A DNA stretch of 64,000 bases from Candidatus Poribacteria bacterium (GCA_028824575.1 JAPPDN010000059.1:43514-107513); one strand, 5' to 3'. Counted from the stretch's first letter, positions 41,105-50,792 are shown. Translations and numbers: made by a program. The notes: a model not told the origin generated them from the letters alone.

Positions 41105-41479
41105 ATGAGCGAAAAACCTACAGAACGCAGGACATCGGCCCTTGAAACGCTGAAACAGGAGCTACTTGACGACCACTGGCGACATTGCTACAGTTGGAAA
41201 GGGCTATCCCCTGTTAAAATCGCAAAACAGCAGGGATGTTCCCCAGACGACGTGCGTTCCCTGATGTTTGAGATCCAGAAGGAAAACCCACCCAAACCGA
41301 AGGCAAACCACAGAAAGAGCACCTGTAAGTATTGCGGTGCTGAAATCGTTTGGATCGGGAAGCATCCCTGCGATCCGCCAGTGCTCAAAGGCGTTACCGC
41401 GGATGAGAAAGTTCACGCCTTCCGGCAGAGTCATTTTGCGACCTGCCCGCGGGCAAATCAAGCGAGGAAATCGTCATGA
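41105..41479 (+). CDS. hypothetical protein
   Basis: 124 aa ORF. Confidence 0.35.
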   Translation: MSEKPTERRTSALETLKQELLDDHWRHCYSWKGLSPVKIAKQQGCSPDDVRSLMFEIQKENPPKPKANHRKSTCKYCGAEIVWIGKHPCDPPVLKGVTADEKVHAFRQSHFATCPRANQARKSS

Positions 41480-41784
41480 TAGGTCTTTTTGATTTTATGT
41501 TGATACTCGGAACCGTTTTTATTGGATTTCTGCCCTCACGGAGCGATAGACCCCGATGGAAACTCTAAAATACGTGCAACCCCGCACCCGTGCAGATGTG
41601 AAATTGTGCAAGTGTGCACACCTGCAAGCGATCTTCTGTAGGAGGGAACTCCGATTCCCGACTTAACCGAGATTATAGCCTGCAACAACGGCGCAGGCGA
41701 ATATACGGAATGGAACCGGAAGGCCCTAACCTTCCTGACCGAACCGCAAGGAAAATTAAAAATACCGCAAGGAAAGTTAAAAAT

Positions 41785-42201
41785 ATGTTTAGAAAACGGA
41801 AACCTGAACACCAGAACAGCGATTTTATGCCCGATTGTAACCATAAGGCACTCTACACTGAACTCGTCGAGCGTGAGGTAGAAGACTGCAAAGTCATGAC
41901 CTTCCAGTGCCAAATGTGTGATACCTTCGGGCGACGACCTGTAGCCTTTATTTTTAGTGAGGACGGTGTCCCTACCCCAGATTTCGACACACTCAAAAGG
42001 GATACCGAGACCGAACTCTACTATAAACTCAACTATCTCTCGCAGATATTCCCGAACCGTAAAGTGCGCATACTCATTGCGAAAACCAAGCATGAACTCA
42101 AGACGCGCTATAATGCCCTGAAATACGATAACCCGAAGGAAGGCACTCGCAAACATTGGAAACGCTGCGAAGATATTAGACGGAAACTCTCGGAGCAATA
42201 G
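41785..42201 (+). CDS. hypothetical protein
   Basis: ATG preceded by a duplicated conserved leader motif; flanked by TGCAGGTGTGCACA palindromes. Confidence 0.35.
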   Translation: MFRKRKPEHQNSDFMPDCNHKALYTELVEREVEDCKVMTFQCQMCDTFGRRPVAFIFSEDGVPTPDFDTLKRDTETELYYKLNYLSQIFPNRKVRILIAKTKHELKTRYNALKYDNPKEGTRKHWKRCEDIRRKLSEQ

Positions 42202-42306
42202 ATGTCTGCACGTGTGCACACCTGCAGACCCTGATAACTTTTTACCAAGCGCGTAGCTCGTAATGAAATTATGCCTTAAATGGCATAATTTGTCTTTGCT
42301 TTACAT

Positions 42307-42966
42307 TTGGAGAGCGGATATACGAAGATGCATATGAAATCACCAACCCTCCTAAACGAACCGCAAGGAAAATTAAGAAAACGAAAACGCTATAAAAACG
42401 GATGGACACCCGCGGAGAACGCCTTAATCCGAAAGTTGGTGAAAAAGGGGTTCACCACCGAGAAGATGGCACCCTATTTCCCAAATCGGACGCTCTGGGC
42501 ACTCAAACATCAACGGTTCTCCCTCAAGATCAAGAGGGAGCCGCCATGGTTCTCGCCGCAGAACAAGCAATGCGTTGCGGAACTCGTGAAGTTCAAAATG
42601 GCGGGCTATTCCCATAAACAGATCGCAGCACGCTACGCGGTATCGATCCAGAAAATCTCGTGGGTTTTGTGTAAGGCGGGCTTCCCCCAGTTCCGAAGGG
42701 TCGTCAAGATGCCGGCGAAGAAGAAGAAACGCTGGTCAGACGTGGAAATCGAATTGCTACGCAAAGACCTCAAGCGTGGGATACGGGGTGGACAGCTTCA
42801 CGAGCGGCACTCACAGCGGACCCCGAGAGCGGTAGATAAGAAGGTATATCAAATCACGCGATTCTGGCCAACACCCCAAGAAACGGCAAGACGCGAAACG
42901 TTGGCGCGACACAACGCAGCGAAAGCACTCAAGGTTGATTGGGACACACCGTCCCACTGGCAATAG
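42307..42966 (+). CDS. hypothetical DNA-binding protein with two Myb/SANT-like repeats
   Basis: Repeats WTPAENALIRKLVKKG... and WSDVEIELLRKDLKRG...; the true start may lie downstream of the leader motif at 42345. Confidence 0.3.
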   Translation: MESGYTKMHMKSPTLLNEPQGKLRKRKRYKNGWTPAENALIRKLVKKGFTTEKMAPYFPNRTLWALKHQRFSLKIKREPPWFSPQNKQCVAELVKFKMAGYSHKQIAARYAVSIQKISWVLCKAGFPQFRRVVKMPAKKKKRWSDVEIELLRKDLKRGIRGGQLHERHSQRTPRAVDKKVYQITRFWPTPQETARRETLARHNAAKALKVDWDTPSHWQ

Positions 42967-42975
42967 GAGACTCTA

Positions 42976-43296
42976 ATGAATCACAGTCAATCTATGTATA
43001 CCTACGAAGAAATCGAATTCCAAATCCCCGTTCGTGAAAGATTTTACCATTACAAACAAAAGGTGTCGCCGGCGTATCTCGTCATCGACATCGGTATCGA
43101 CTGGGCATCCATCGTCGTCCATCGCAAACCCGGAAAACCTGACGATCGCTGGTTCGTCTCCGAGTTCACCACCGGTGGTGCCATCGACATCCCCGAGACC
43201 ACATCCCGCGATGAAGCCGTTGCGTCCGCCATTGCGAAAATCAAAGCACTCGGTCGCGACACCTACAGAAAACGTATAGGAGGCAAACCTGAATGA
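42976..43296 (+). CDS. hypothetical protein
   Basis: 106 aa ORF. Confidence 0.35.
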   Translation: MNHSQSMYTYEEIEFQIPVRERFYHYKQKVSPAYLVIDIGIDWASIVVHRKPGKPDDRWFVSEFTTGGAIDIPETTSRDEAVASAIAKIKALGRDTYRKRIGGKPE

Positions 43297-43991
43297 AGAC
43301 ACGTTCTTTGGAATTATTTTTGAAAAAGCAAAAAAAGGATAATAGCACGCTCGGTTTTATATGCTATGGAGGCGTGCGAAAGGAGCCCGCCCGGAAAGTC
43401 AACGTGAGGCGATACTTCTTCTTTTTCGGTCAGAACAGCGTCCCCAAAATAGATATGATGTTCATCTATCGCGTACAAGATATCGAGGCACTCAAACCTC
43501 ACATCAAGGTCCGAAAGGCGATAAAGGAACAGGCACTGACAGCGATCAAAGCGCGCAAGGATCGTCCAGAGGTATTTACAAAAGCTATTGGGGACCAGAT
43601 AGTAGAACACAAGCCTGCGGATGTGACACTCATATTCAGAACAGGGCACGTCCTCCGCGGAAAGGTTTTGGGACAGACCCGGTACGAACTCTTGTTAGAA
43701 GTTGCCAACTGCCAGATTTTTGTGTTTAAACACGGTTTGCTTGAAATCCAGATGCATGGCAAGTGTCAGGGCTCCCAGAAGAAACTGTCTGAGAGACTCA
43801 CTGATATTTTCGCAGGGGGCCCCAAATCCCGCGCAGAGGTAGAGACGATCACCGGTCTGGATGAGGACGCTATCAAAAAGTGTGTCGGTTGGATGCGATT
43901 GCAGAATATTATCACAAAGGACGCTTCGGACAAAGATCCAGATGGGAACTCACGGTGGTGTCTTTTAAAAGAGGGCGACGATCAATCGTAG
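43293..43991 (+). CDS. hypothetical protein
   Basis: 232 aa ORF; stop codon embedded in a GTAGC-hairpin. Confidence 0.35.
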   Translation: MKTRSLELFLKKQKKDNSTLGFICYGGVRKEPARKVNVRRYFFFFGQNSVPKIDMMFIYRVQDIEALKPHIKVRKAIKEQALTAIKARKDRPEVFTKAIGDQIVEHKPADVTLIFRTGHVLRGKVLGQTRYELLLEVANCQIFVFKHGLLEIQMHGKCQGSQKKLSERLTDIFAGGPKSRAEVETITGLDEDAIKKCVGWMRLQNIITKDASDKDPDGNSRWCLLKEGDDQS

Positions 43992-44044
43992 CACAAACTT
44001 TCCAGTTTGTGCATAGCATCGCCAATTAACGAAAGGATGTCAAA

Positions 44045-44296
44045 ATGGAAGGAAACCCTGTATATGACGAGCGAACACTACACGAGATAGCAAGAATGCC
44101 GTTTATCCGCACGCCGTCCATTTCATTGGAGATTGGAAAAATGGAACGGGTTGTGGACATAGCCCGAAAAAACGACATACAGTGGCGAAAATGCCTTCAG
44201 ATTCTATACATACTTGACCGGGACCCGAACTTCAAATTGACGTGGTTAGATGCTCTCGATGGGAACACGCACGTGTGTGTGGATTTAAACATCTAA
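44045..44296 (+). CDS. hypothetical small protein
   Basis: 83 aa ORF. Confidence 0.3.
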   Translation: MEGNPVYDERTLHEIARMPFIRTPSISLEIGKMERVVDIARKNDIQWRKCLQILYILDRDPNFKLTWLDALDGNTHVCVDLNI

Positions 44297-44306
44297 GGAG
44301 GGTTTT

Positions 44307-44654
44307 ATGCATAACGTATCGTTTGAAGAATCAAGAAAGCACGTGCCGGCGGATGCCCTCGGTGCTATCCATGTCTATCGACCGCACACCGACTTCAGTG
44401 AATTTATTATGGATGTCGTCGAGAATATCCGAGAGATGGACTTGCAAAGAATCGTGATCCTCGTCCAAAAAGGGGTTTCAAAGTCCGTTATCGATGACGC
44501 AACGCAACGGATTGCCGAGCTCCTTGAAGGCGAAAAACTCGATGAAAATAAGAAGATCGCTTTGGAATGTTTCCACGGCTTAACACGAGTAGAACTCCGT
44601 AGACTCAAGCGTCAATGGGAACGCTCACGAACAAAAAGGAGAAAACGTAAGTGA
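44307..44654 (+). CDS. hypothetical protein
   Basis: 115 aa ORF. Confidence 0.35.
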   Translation: MHNVSFEESRKHVPADALGAIHVYRPHTDFSEFIMDVVENIREMDLQRIVILVQKGVSKSVIDDATQRIAELLEGEKLDENKKIALECFHGLTRVELRRLKRQWERSRTKRRKRK

Positions 44655-45193
44655 AAGTTGAAACCGTATTGATAGACTTGGAGCCTGCTGAGGCACCCAA
44701 AAAGCGCGTCCGGTCCCCATCAAAGCCTAAGAAACCCGCGCGTATCTTAACAAAGTCTGAAGAATATCTCATCGACTATTGGATAGAAATGGGAATGGTT
44801 CGCAGAGACGGTCGCTTTCCTGGGGATACTTCCCAGGACGTTTACCTGTTCCAGCATGAATTGGTAGAGGATGTTGAACTTCCTGTGCCATGGTCAGAAT
44901 TTTTCCAGATGTTCAATAACGTGAATCACGATTGTTTCCTCAAAGAACTCGAAGGCGAAATCGTAGAAAATCCGTTTGACCCCTGGCGGAGCCCAAAAAT
45001 GGTCGGCATCAGTTTCCGGATTCGACCGCACAACCGACAGGACTATCAGCTCGTCAAGGTGATCACCCGTGGAGATGCGATGAATAAGGAGGTAAGCGAT
45101 GTGGAGCCCGTTAACCTTCATAAGGATGTACTTATCGTTCCATTCACCCTTGGAGATCAGGTGAATAATAGCGACACAAAAGGAGATATATAA
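44651..45193 (+). CDS. hypothetical protein
   Basis: 180 aa ORF. Confidence 0.35.
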   Translation: MKVETVLIDLEPAEAPKKRVRSPSKPKKPARILTKSEEYLIDYWIEMGMVRRDGRFPGDTSQDVYLFQHELVEDVELPVPWSEFFQMFNNVNHDCFLKELEGEIVENPFDPWRSPKMVGISFRIRPHNRQDYQLVKVITRGDAMNKEVSDVEPVNLHKDVLIVPFTLGDQVNNSDTKGDI

Positions 45194-45194
45194 C

Positions 45195-45410
45195 ATGGAC
45201 GCACAACTCAAGAAAATCACAGTAACACCCGCGAAGTTCGATGAGGACGGAGCCATCAAGTCATCAGAATTTGCGACCCTGACACTCGATGTTCCGTTGG
45301 ATTCCACAGCACAGCGCGAGGCGATTGTGGAACTCATGACGTTGCTCGACAACGAATGGGTGGAAACCGAGATTCAAAGTCGCCAGCAACGGATGAAGAT
45401 GGCGGGGTAA
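45195..45410 (+). CDS. hypothetical small protein
   Basis: 71 aa ORF. Confidence 0.3.
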   Translation: MDAQLKKITVTPAKFDEDGAIKSSEFATLTLDVPLDSTAQREAIVELMTLLDNEWVETEIQSRQQRMKMAG

Positions 45411-45418
45411 TCCGAAAC

Positions 45419-45679
45419 ATGAAATATGTCATTGGTAAAACCAATATGCCTGGCTCAGCGGGAGTCATAGCGAAATACCTCAACCGCGATGGACATGGCG
45501 AAATCTATTTCTTGGACGATGTGCCTATGCACAAGGTCAACACGTTTCTGCGACACCTCTTAAAGCAGGTGAAAGACAAAACCTACCTGCTTATTGTGGT
45601 TGGTGTCGCTTCCGATAAACTTGTGGAAGTCGCTGGCATCGAGGAGGATCATCAGATATATCAATGGAGTGGAAACTGA
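45419..45679 (+). CDS. hypothetical small protein
   Basis: ORF starting MKYVIGKT. Confidence 0.3.
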   Translation: MKYVIGKTNMPGSAGVIAKYLNRDGHGEIYFLDDVPMHKVNTFLRHLLKQVKDKTYLLIVVGVASDKLVEVAGIEEDHQIYQWSGN

Positions 45680-46083
45680 TGCGAAGATTCCACGGCAAGA
45701 TAGAAGTCTTTCGGCATGCTGAGGATGACTGGCACCCTGAAAAAAGGGATATCTATGCAGAATACTTTGAAGCGAAAACCATCCAGTCGGCGAAGTCGAA
45801 ACTCACAAAGATCGCAAACGAGACAGAACTTTTCTCGTGGGTGCAGTCTTGGGATAACGCAACCCGCACCTACACCGGTAAAGACCTGCGCTGGAAACCC
45901 TGGGGGTCCGTGTGCGGATACAAACAGAAGGATGGTACCGAAGTCGCCTACAGTACCCGGAAGGCGGAACGCGTCTCCGGTGAACAGATATACCCAGAAG
46001 GTTACGGGAAATACGGAAAAAGCGTCGGATATTCTGTCCAGATAACGGTTTATTGGAAATATCAGGAGGGAGACGGCGAATGA
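45664..46083 (+). CDS. hypothetical protein
   Basis: 139 aa ORF. Confidence 0.35.
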   Translation: MEWKLMRRFHGKIEVFRHAEDDWHPEKRDIYAEYFEAKTIQSAKSKLTKIANETELFSWVQSWDNATRTYTGKDLRWKPWGSVCGYKQKDGTEVAYSTRKAERVSGEQIYPEGYGKYGKSVGYSVQITVYWKYQEGDGE

Positions 46084-46339
46084 AGCAGAAACGCCCTATA
46101 GATAGCGTTGCCTCGTTTGAAGCAGAACGATCGGGGATATTCGTGTTGTTTGGCGCACAACTCAACTTTGATCGCTACTACACCGCCTACCAAAACCACT
46201 GCAAGAAGAAACAACTCCGGTCTCCTGTTTCTGAAGCCGAATTCATGCCTGTTTCCAACAGGATGATTTCAGGACTACGCGAATGGTGGTACACGAAAGA
46301 GACTGGGATCTACGTCGTAGATGCCGAGGAGGAAACCAA

Positions 46340-46657
46340 ATGATTATCGGACGGTTGGAAGACTACATCGAGAGAATCAAGCGAGACTTGCGCATCTGGC
46401 AGCGGCAGGATGCAACCCTGCAGCTGTCTACAGGGGGCGCGTCGCTATTTGTCACTGCGCTCTATGAAAGTATAGCGTTATCAGGCGCGGATATACCCAC
46501 CGAACAAGATTATCAGGAATATCCCGATGAGGTGTTCGTTGAACTGCAAAAACGCGTGAGCGTCCGCGACCCGCAGCTGAAGCAGCGAATGCTCGCATAC
46601 TACGAAAAACACGACCCCCGCGCAAAAGCAGCGGCGGCACAACTCACGCTCTTTTAA
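46340..46657 (+). CDS. hypothetical protein
   Basis: ORF starting MIIGRLEDY. Confidence 0.35.
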   Translation: MIIGRLEDYIERIKRDLRIWQRQDATLQLSTGGASLFVTALYESIALSGADIPTEQDYQEYPDEVFVELQKRVSVRDPQLKQRMLAYYEKHDPRAKAAAAQLTLF

Positions 46658-47169
46658 TTGGGAGGCTGCGTCGTGACAGACATAACCTTGCTAATAGACG
46701 ATATCCACAAACTCATAGAGCTGATAAACGCAGATATCCCTCTTTCAGAGATACGCCCGCTCGCCAAACGCATCTATTTGTCATTAGGGGCTTATATCCA
46801 GCGTGAAGGTGCCACAGCAACAACACAATCGGCGTTGGCAGACCTCGATACGTTTTGCCAGACACATGTGCGCCTCAGACAGATATTCAGACTCGGAGAC
46901 ACCAATGGTCAAAACCACCCACATCCCATTCCTTGAAAATTTGTGTGTCTTGTTAATCTGCCACGACGCACAGATGGATGACTTCACGGAGCAGCTGACC
47001 ACGCTCTATGACCCCTGTGTGGATACCGTTCATGTCTGTGTGTCCAAAAAACTGAACCTCTTTAAGCGTGCAAAGTTCATGCGGCAGATCCGAGAGATGT
47101 TTACCGATGCCGACATCCACATCCGAAACGTGACCGAAGCCCAAATCAAACGCTTGGCATTCTATATCT

Positions 47170-47418
47170 ATGTCTATGCCACCCCGGAGGAAAACAATGA
47201 GACTCTACCAACGCGCCATCGTCACCCAAGTCCTCAAGGGCGGGACGCTCCGATGCTACCTACAAGACAACGAGAACCACGAAGTCAACGCCTATCCCTG
47301 CGGGAACATGCGCAGACACCGGATTTTCCTCTGCGCGGGTGATGAAGTCACCCTCGAACTCAGCCCCTACGATCTTCAACGCGGTCGCGTAATATGGAGG
47401 CAATCGGTAACGGAATGA
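47170..47418 (+). CDS. infA-like: translation initiation factor IF-1 (infA)-like S1/OB-fold protein
   Basis: Aligns by eye with IF-1: GTLRCYLQDNENHEVNAYPCGNMRRHRIFLCAGDEVTLELSPYDLQRGRVIWRQ versus the canonical [47 protein letters not shown]. Confidence 0.55.
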   Translation: MSMPPRRKTMRLYQRAIVTQVLKGGTLRCYLQDNENHEVNAYPCGNMRRHRIFLCAGDEVTLELSPYDLQRGRVIWRQSVTE

Positions 47419-47600
47419 TTTCTGAATTACACTTCAAAAACTTAGAGAACGCCAATCGTGAGTTAGCGATGCGTTTTGAGAAACTCCGCAACGCCCGCGC
47501 CAGTCGCGATACGCAGAGCATCAAGCATGCCGCAATGGAATACTTCCAGGCAGTCCAACGCCTCAACGCAGCGATTGAAGACGCACTCAGCAAGGGGTAA
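47394..47600 (+). CDS. small helical protein, paralog of 50957-51157
   Basis: ELHFKNLENANRELAMRFEKLRNARASRDTQSIKHAAMEYFQAVQRLNAAIEDA versus ELHYRILENANRELTKQFRKLRNARASRDAHTIKRAEMEYFQSLQHLYAAVQDA. Confidence 0.4.
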   Translation: MEAIGNGMISELHFKNLENANRELAMRFEKLRNARASRDTQSIKHAAMEYFQAVQRLNAAIEDALSKG

Positions 47601-47762
47601 CCCCCAATTGTGGTGGTTTCCGCTCACACCTGCACACGTAACCCTGTGCAGACGTGCAAGTGTGCACACCTGCAGAATATCAACCCGCTCTTTGTAGCAT
47701 AACCTGTTAGGGTGTGCCTGCTCCCTGCTTGCGTCCCCCCTTACCGTTAAAAATCATCAAAA

Positions 47763-48296
47763 ATGAGAAATATGAAACAACCCACACGCCAACAACGCCG
47801 AAAACAGACACGACAGTTCAATAAAAAAATCAAGAAAGAGGGCAATTCGTTGCTCGGACGAAAGCTTCTTGATGACAAATCCGATTTCGAGGCGTACACC
47901 CCCTCAAGTCAACATCCAGCCGTAATGCCTTTTTGCATGATCTTCAAAGAGCAGTCCGATCTCAATGACTTTACCTTCAGTTGCCGAGAGGGTGCTGAAA
48001 GCTTTCAGGATAATGAACAACCGAAAATGATTGTCCTGATCCGAGAACCGCATATCGAATTACCTGCACCGAAACAGGAGATGATGAAGATCGCAACCCG
48101 TATCTTCAAAAAAGTTGCACCGAGTCGAACCTACATCTTCGTAGAAGCAGAAGGCACTCAAGAAACTGCAGATATTTCCGGTGCGATACACGGGTTTCTC
48201 AGGAGACTTGGACGCGTCCCGGAAGACACACCGCCCCCAGCATGGCTATCGGAATATATCTATCAAGCGGAAAATCCCAACGATTTAAACACGTAA
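47763..48296 (+). CDS. hypothetical protein
   Basis: 177 aa ORF between two TGCAGGTGTGCACA repeat clusters. Confidence 0.35.
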   Translation: MRNMKQPTRQQRRKQTRQFNKKIKKEGNSLLGRKLLDDKSDFEAYTPSSQHPAVMPFCMIFKEQSDLNDFTFSCREGAESFQDNEQPKMIVLIREPHIELPAPKQEMMKIATRIFKKVAPSRTYIFVEAEGTQETADISGAIHGFLRRLGRVPEDTPPPAWLSEYIYQAENPNDLNT

Positions 48297-48328
48297 CCCC
48301 TTCCAAAATCTAACGTTTTTATCTCTAT

Positions 48329-48410
48329 GTGCAGAATATCACACCTGCACAGTATCACATCTGCACACTTGAAAACGTGCATATTTGCAGGTGTGCACAC
48401 GTGCAACCTT
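48329..48410. promoter_or_regulatory. iteron-like repeats (CACCTGCACA / TGCAGGTGTGCACACGTGCA) upstream of parA - candidate parC centromere/operator
   Basis: Direct reading; same core motif at 41590-41629, 42204-42229 and 47623-47676. Confidence 0.45.
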
Positions 48411-48428
48411 GCACAGATGGAGGTGAAA

Positions 48429-49049
48429 ATGAAGACACTCGCAATCTTAAGCAGAAAAGGCGGAACCGGCAAAACAACCCTCGCAACGCATCTGTCCGTT
48501 GCCGCGGAACGTGCCGGACACACGACCGCCCTCATAGACTTAGACCCACAGTCTTCCGCGGCGAAATGGCGCGACAACCGTGAGGACGACACACCCGCAG
48601 TCATTTCCACACACTCGGAACGCTTACAACACATCCTGAAACTCGCCGAGGATAACGGCGCAACCTTCGCTATTCTGGATACCGCACCGCATACCGAAGT
48701 CGCAGCCCTCGAAGCGGCGCGGGCTTCCGATATGGCGTTAATGCCCTGTAGACCCTCACTCCTTGATCTACAGGCGATCGGCTCCACCATCGATGTCGCC
48801 CAACTCGCCAGAGTGCCGGCACACATCGTTTTCAACGCCGTGCCACCCCGTGGCGATCTCACTGAACAAGCGCGGCAAGCCGTAGAGATATATGATGTCC
48901 CGTGCGCACCCTGCGAGATCGGAAACCGAATCGGGTTCGTCCATGCCTATAACGCGGGGCTGACTGTCCAAGAGTTTGAACCGAAGAGTAAAGCCAGCGA
49001 TGAAATCAGCGCACTTTACACATACATCGCCAAAGAGATGGGAGTCTAA
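48429..49049 (+). CDS. parA: ParA/Soj-family partition ATPase
   Basis: Deviant Walker A KGGTGKTT, GGAGG RBS, about 206 aa (short type Ib-like ParA). Confidence 0.8.
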   Translation: MKTLAILSRKGGTGKTTLATHLSVAAERAGHTTALIDLDPQSSAAKWRDNREDDTPAVISTHSERLQHILKLAEDNGATFAILDTAPHTEVAALEAARASDMALMPCRPSLLDLQAIGSTIDVAQLARVPAHIVFNAVPPRGDLTEQARQAVEIYDVPCAPCEIGNRIGFVHAYNAGLTVQEFEPKSKASDEISALYTYIAKEMGV

Positions 49050-49050
49050 T

Positions 49051-49323
49051 ATGGCAGCAAAGAAAGTGAATCTCGCAAAAGTTTTCCAAGAGAACGAGCA
49101 GCCCCAGAAACCTGAACTGGAAGTCGTTGAATCTGCGCCGACCCACAAAAAGAAAATCGCACCGTCACGCGAAAACAAAAAACACATCGGAGGCTATTTC
49201 GACGAAGCCGTTTACCGGCAGATGAAATATATCGGTATCGAGAAGGGAATGACAACACAGGAAATATTGGCATCAGCCCTCAACGCATGGTTTCAAATGC
49301 ACGATAAGCCACCTATTGCGTAA
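49051..49323 (+). CDS. ParG-like ribbon-helix-helix partition protein
   Basis: Immediately after parA; basic N-terminal tail and C-terminal RHH (KHIGGYFDEAVYRQMKYIGIEKGMTTQEILASALNAWF). Confidence 0.55.
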   Translation: MAAKKVNLAKVFQENEQPQKPELEVVESAPTHKKKIAPSRENKKHIGGYFDEAVYRQMKYIGIEKGMTTQEILASALNAWFQMHDKPPIA

Positions 49324-49488
49324 GGGGAAATGGACATTCAGACTGTAGAATTATCAAGATTTTCCTTGACTTTTTTTCTGAAAAATGCTATGATGATTGC
49401 ATCACGTAGGCAGACATGACAAGCGTTGTTGCAAGGCAGCGTGTCTGCCTCCCACTTGTCAGGGGATAAAAACGTGATACGTGATAGC

Positions 49489-50583
49489 ACCATGCATTTA
49501 CGTTCACAGAAAATAGAACTTAACCCGAATAATAAGCAATCCACGCTTATGGCACAACACTGCGGATATAGGCGTGTTGCGTTTAACTTTGCGTTATCGT
49601 CTTTCAAAACAGGATTAGACGCAGATAATTGGCAGTCTGAACAGGACTTGTGTAAGGAATTCAATGGCGTTAAACGCGATAAGTTTCCTTGGTCTACAGA
49701 TCTATCTCAAAACGCCTCTAAAAACGCAATACGCGCCCTCGGTGATGCTATCACGCGTTGGAAGAAAGGACAAAACCGTTTTCCTGTCTATAAGAAACGA
49801 TCTGGTAAATGTTCTTACCAAGCCGACAATGGTGCAGGAACGGTAAAAATCCATAAGAAACGGATTGGCTTACCGAAAATAGGGTGGGTTCGCATGCGTG
49901 AGGAACTGCGGTATTCTGGTGAAATCACCAAAGTCGTCGTATCTCGTAAAAACGATAAGTGGTTTGCCTCTATCACCGTGAGACGCCTCGATAGTAGTAA
50001 CTACAAACACCAACCGCCTCTATTTAACGATAAAGAACCCATCGGAATTGACGTAGGTATCAATACACTTGCCACCTGTTCTAATGGCGATACATACGAT
50101 AACCCACGTCCACTCAAGCGGTATGAGCGGAAGTTAGCACGTACCAATCGTGCGTTAGCACGTAAAGTTTTTCAGTCAAAAAACTGGCATAAAGCAAAGA
50201 AACAACTGAGTGGTGTGCATTATCGGATAAGCAATATCCGTGAAGACGCTCACCACCAAGCGACGACAAAGATTGTCCGCAAAGCCTCTGCTATTGGTAT
50301 AGAGACTCTGAACATCAGCGGGCTGTTAAAGAACAGAAAACTTGCCAAGGCGTTATCCGACTCGGCATTATCGCGGTTTCTCACAATGCTCAAATACAAG
50401 GCAGAACGCCGTGGGATACCGATAACAGAGGCAGATAGGTTCTTTGCCAGTTCCAAGATGTGTAGCAACTGCGGACACAAGAAAAAGCACCTAATGCTAT
50501 CCGATAGAGTTTATAACTGCCTACAATGTGGTACGTCTATAGACCGAGACCTCAACGCTGCGATTAATCTGTGTCCGTCTTGA
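49489..50583 (+). CDS. tnpB: TnpB (IS200/IS605 OrfB family)
   Basis: IGIDVGI, CSNCGH...CLQCG, DRDLNAAINL. Confidence 0.85.
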   Translation, partial: TMHLRSQKIELNPNNKQSTLMAQHCGYRRVAFNFALSSFKTGLDADNWQSEQDLCKEFNGVKRDKFPWSTDLSQNASKNAIRALGDAITRWKKGQNRFPVYKKRSGKCSYQADNGAGTVKIHKKRIGLPKIGWVRMREELRYSGEITKVVVSRKNDKWFASITVRRLDSSNYKHQPPLFNDKEPIGIDVGINTLATCSNGDTYDNPRPLKRYERKLARTNRALARKVFQSKNWHKAKKQLSGVHYRISNIREDAHHQATTKIVRKASAIGIETLNISGLLKNRKLAKALSDSALSRFLTMLKYKAERRGIPITEADRFFASSKMCSNCGHKKKHLMLSDRVYNCLQCGTSIDRDLNAAINLCPS

Positions 50584-50716
50584 TCTTAACACCGTCGCCA
50601 CGAGTTGCGAGGAGACGATAAACGCCTGTAGAGTTTCCGTAAGACCTTGCTTGAAGGCACGAAACGATGAAGCAGGAAGTATGGCAGAAACCAAGTTTCG
50701 CTAAGTCCTACACAAC
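50430..50716 (+). ncRNA. putative omegaRNA scaffold of TnpB copy 2
   Basis: Conserved right-end block shared with copy 1. Confidence 0.4.
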
Positions 50717-50792
50717 GAATGACAACCCAAGAGATATTAGAGGACGCATTGAACGGTTTCTTTCAGCGTAACGATAAACCGCCGATAGCATG
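50716..50792 (+). pseudogene. 3' remnant of a parG-like gene (...MTTQEILEDALNGFFQRNDKPPIA*)
   Basis: Translates to a C-terminus closely matching ParG 49051-49323 (MTTQEILASALNAWFQMHDKPPIA*) but lacks a 5' part. Confidence 0.5.

Larger units (their letters stand above)
49355..50716 (+). mobile_element. IS200/IS605-family TnpB-only element, copy 2; boundaries approximate
   Basis: Same left-end promoter/hairpin architecture and right-end block as copy 1. Inserted between parG and a parG 3' remnant. Confidence 0.6.

Noticed and set aside
46905-47342. ORF 46803/46905-47342 as a full-length gene
   Set aside because: Its 3' third (low-complexity PTRHRHPSPQGRD...) overlaps the well-supported IF-1-like gene in another frame. 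It is either shorter than the track suggests or joined by a frameshift; not listed as a confident CDS.
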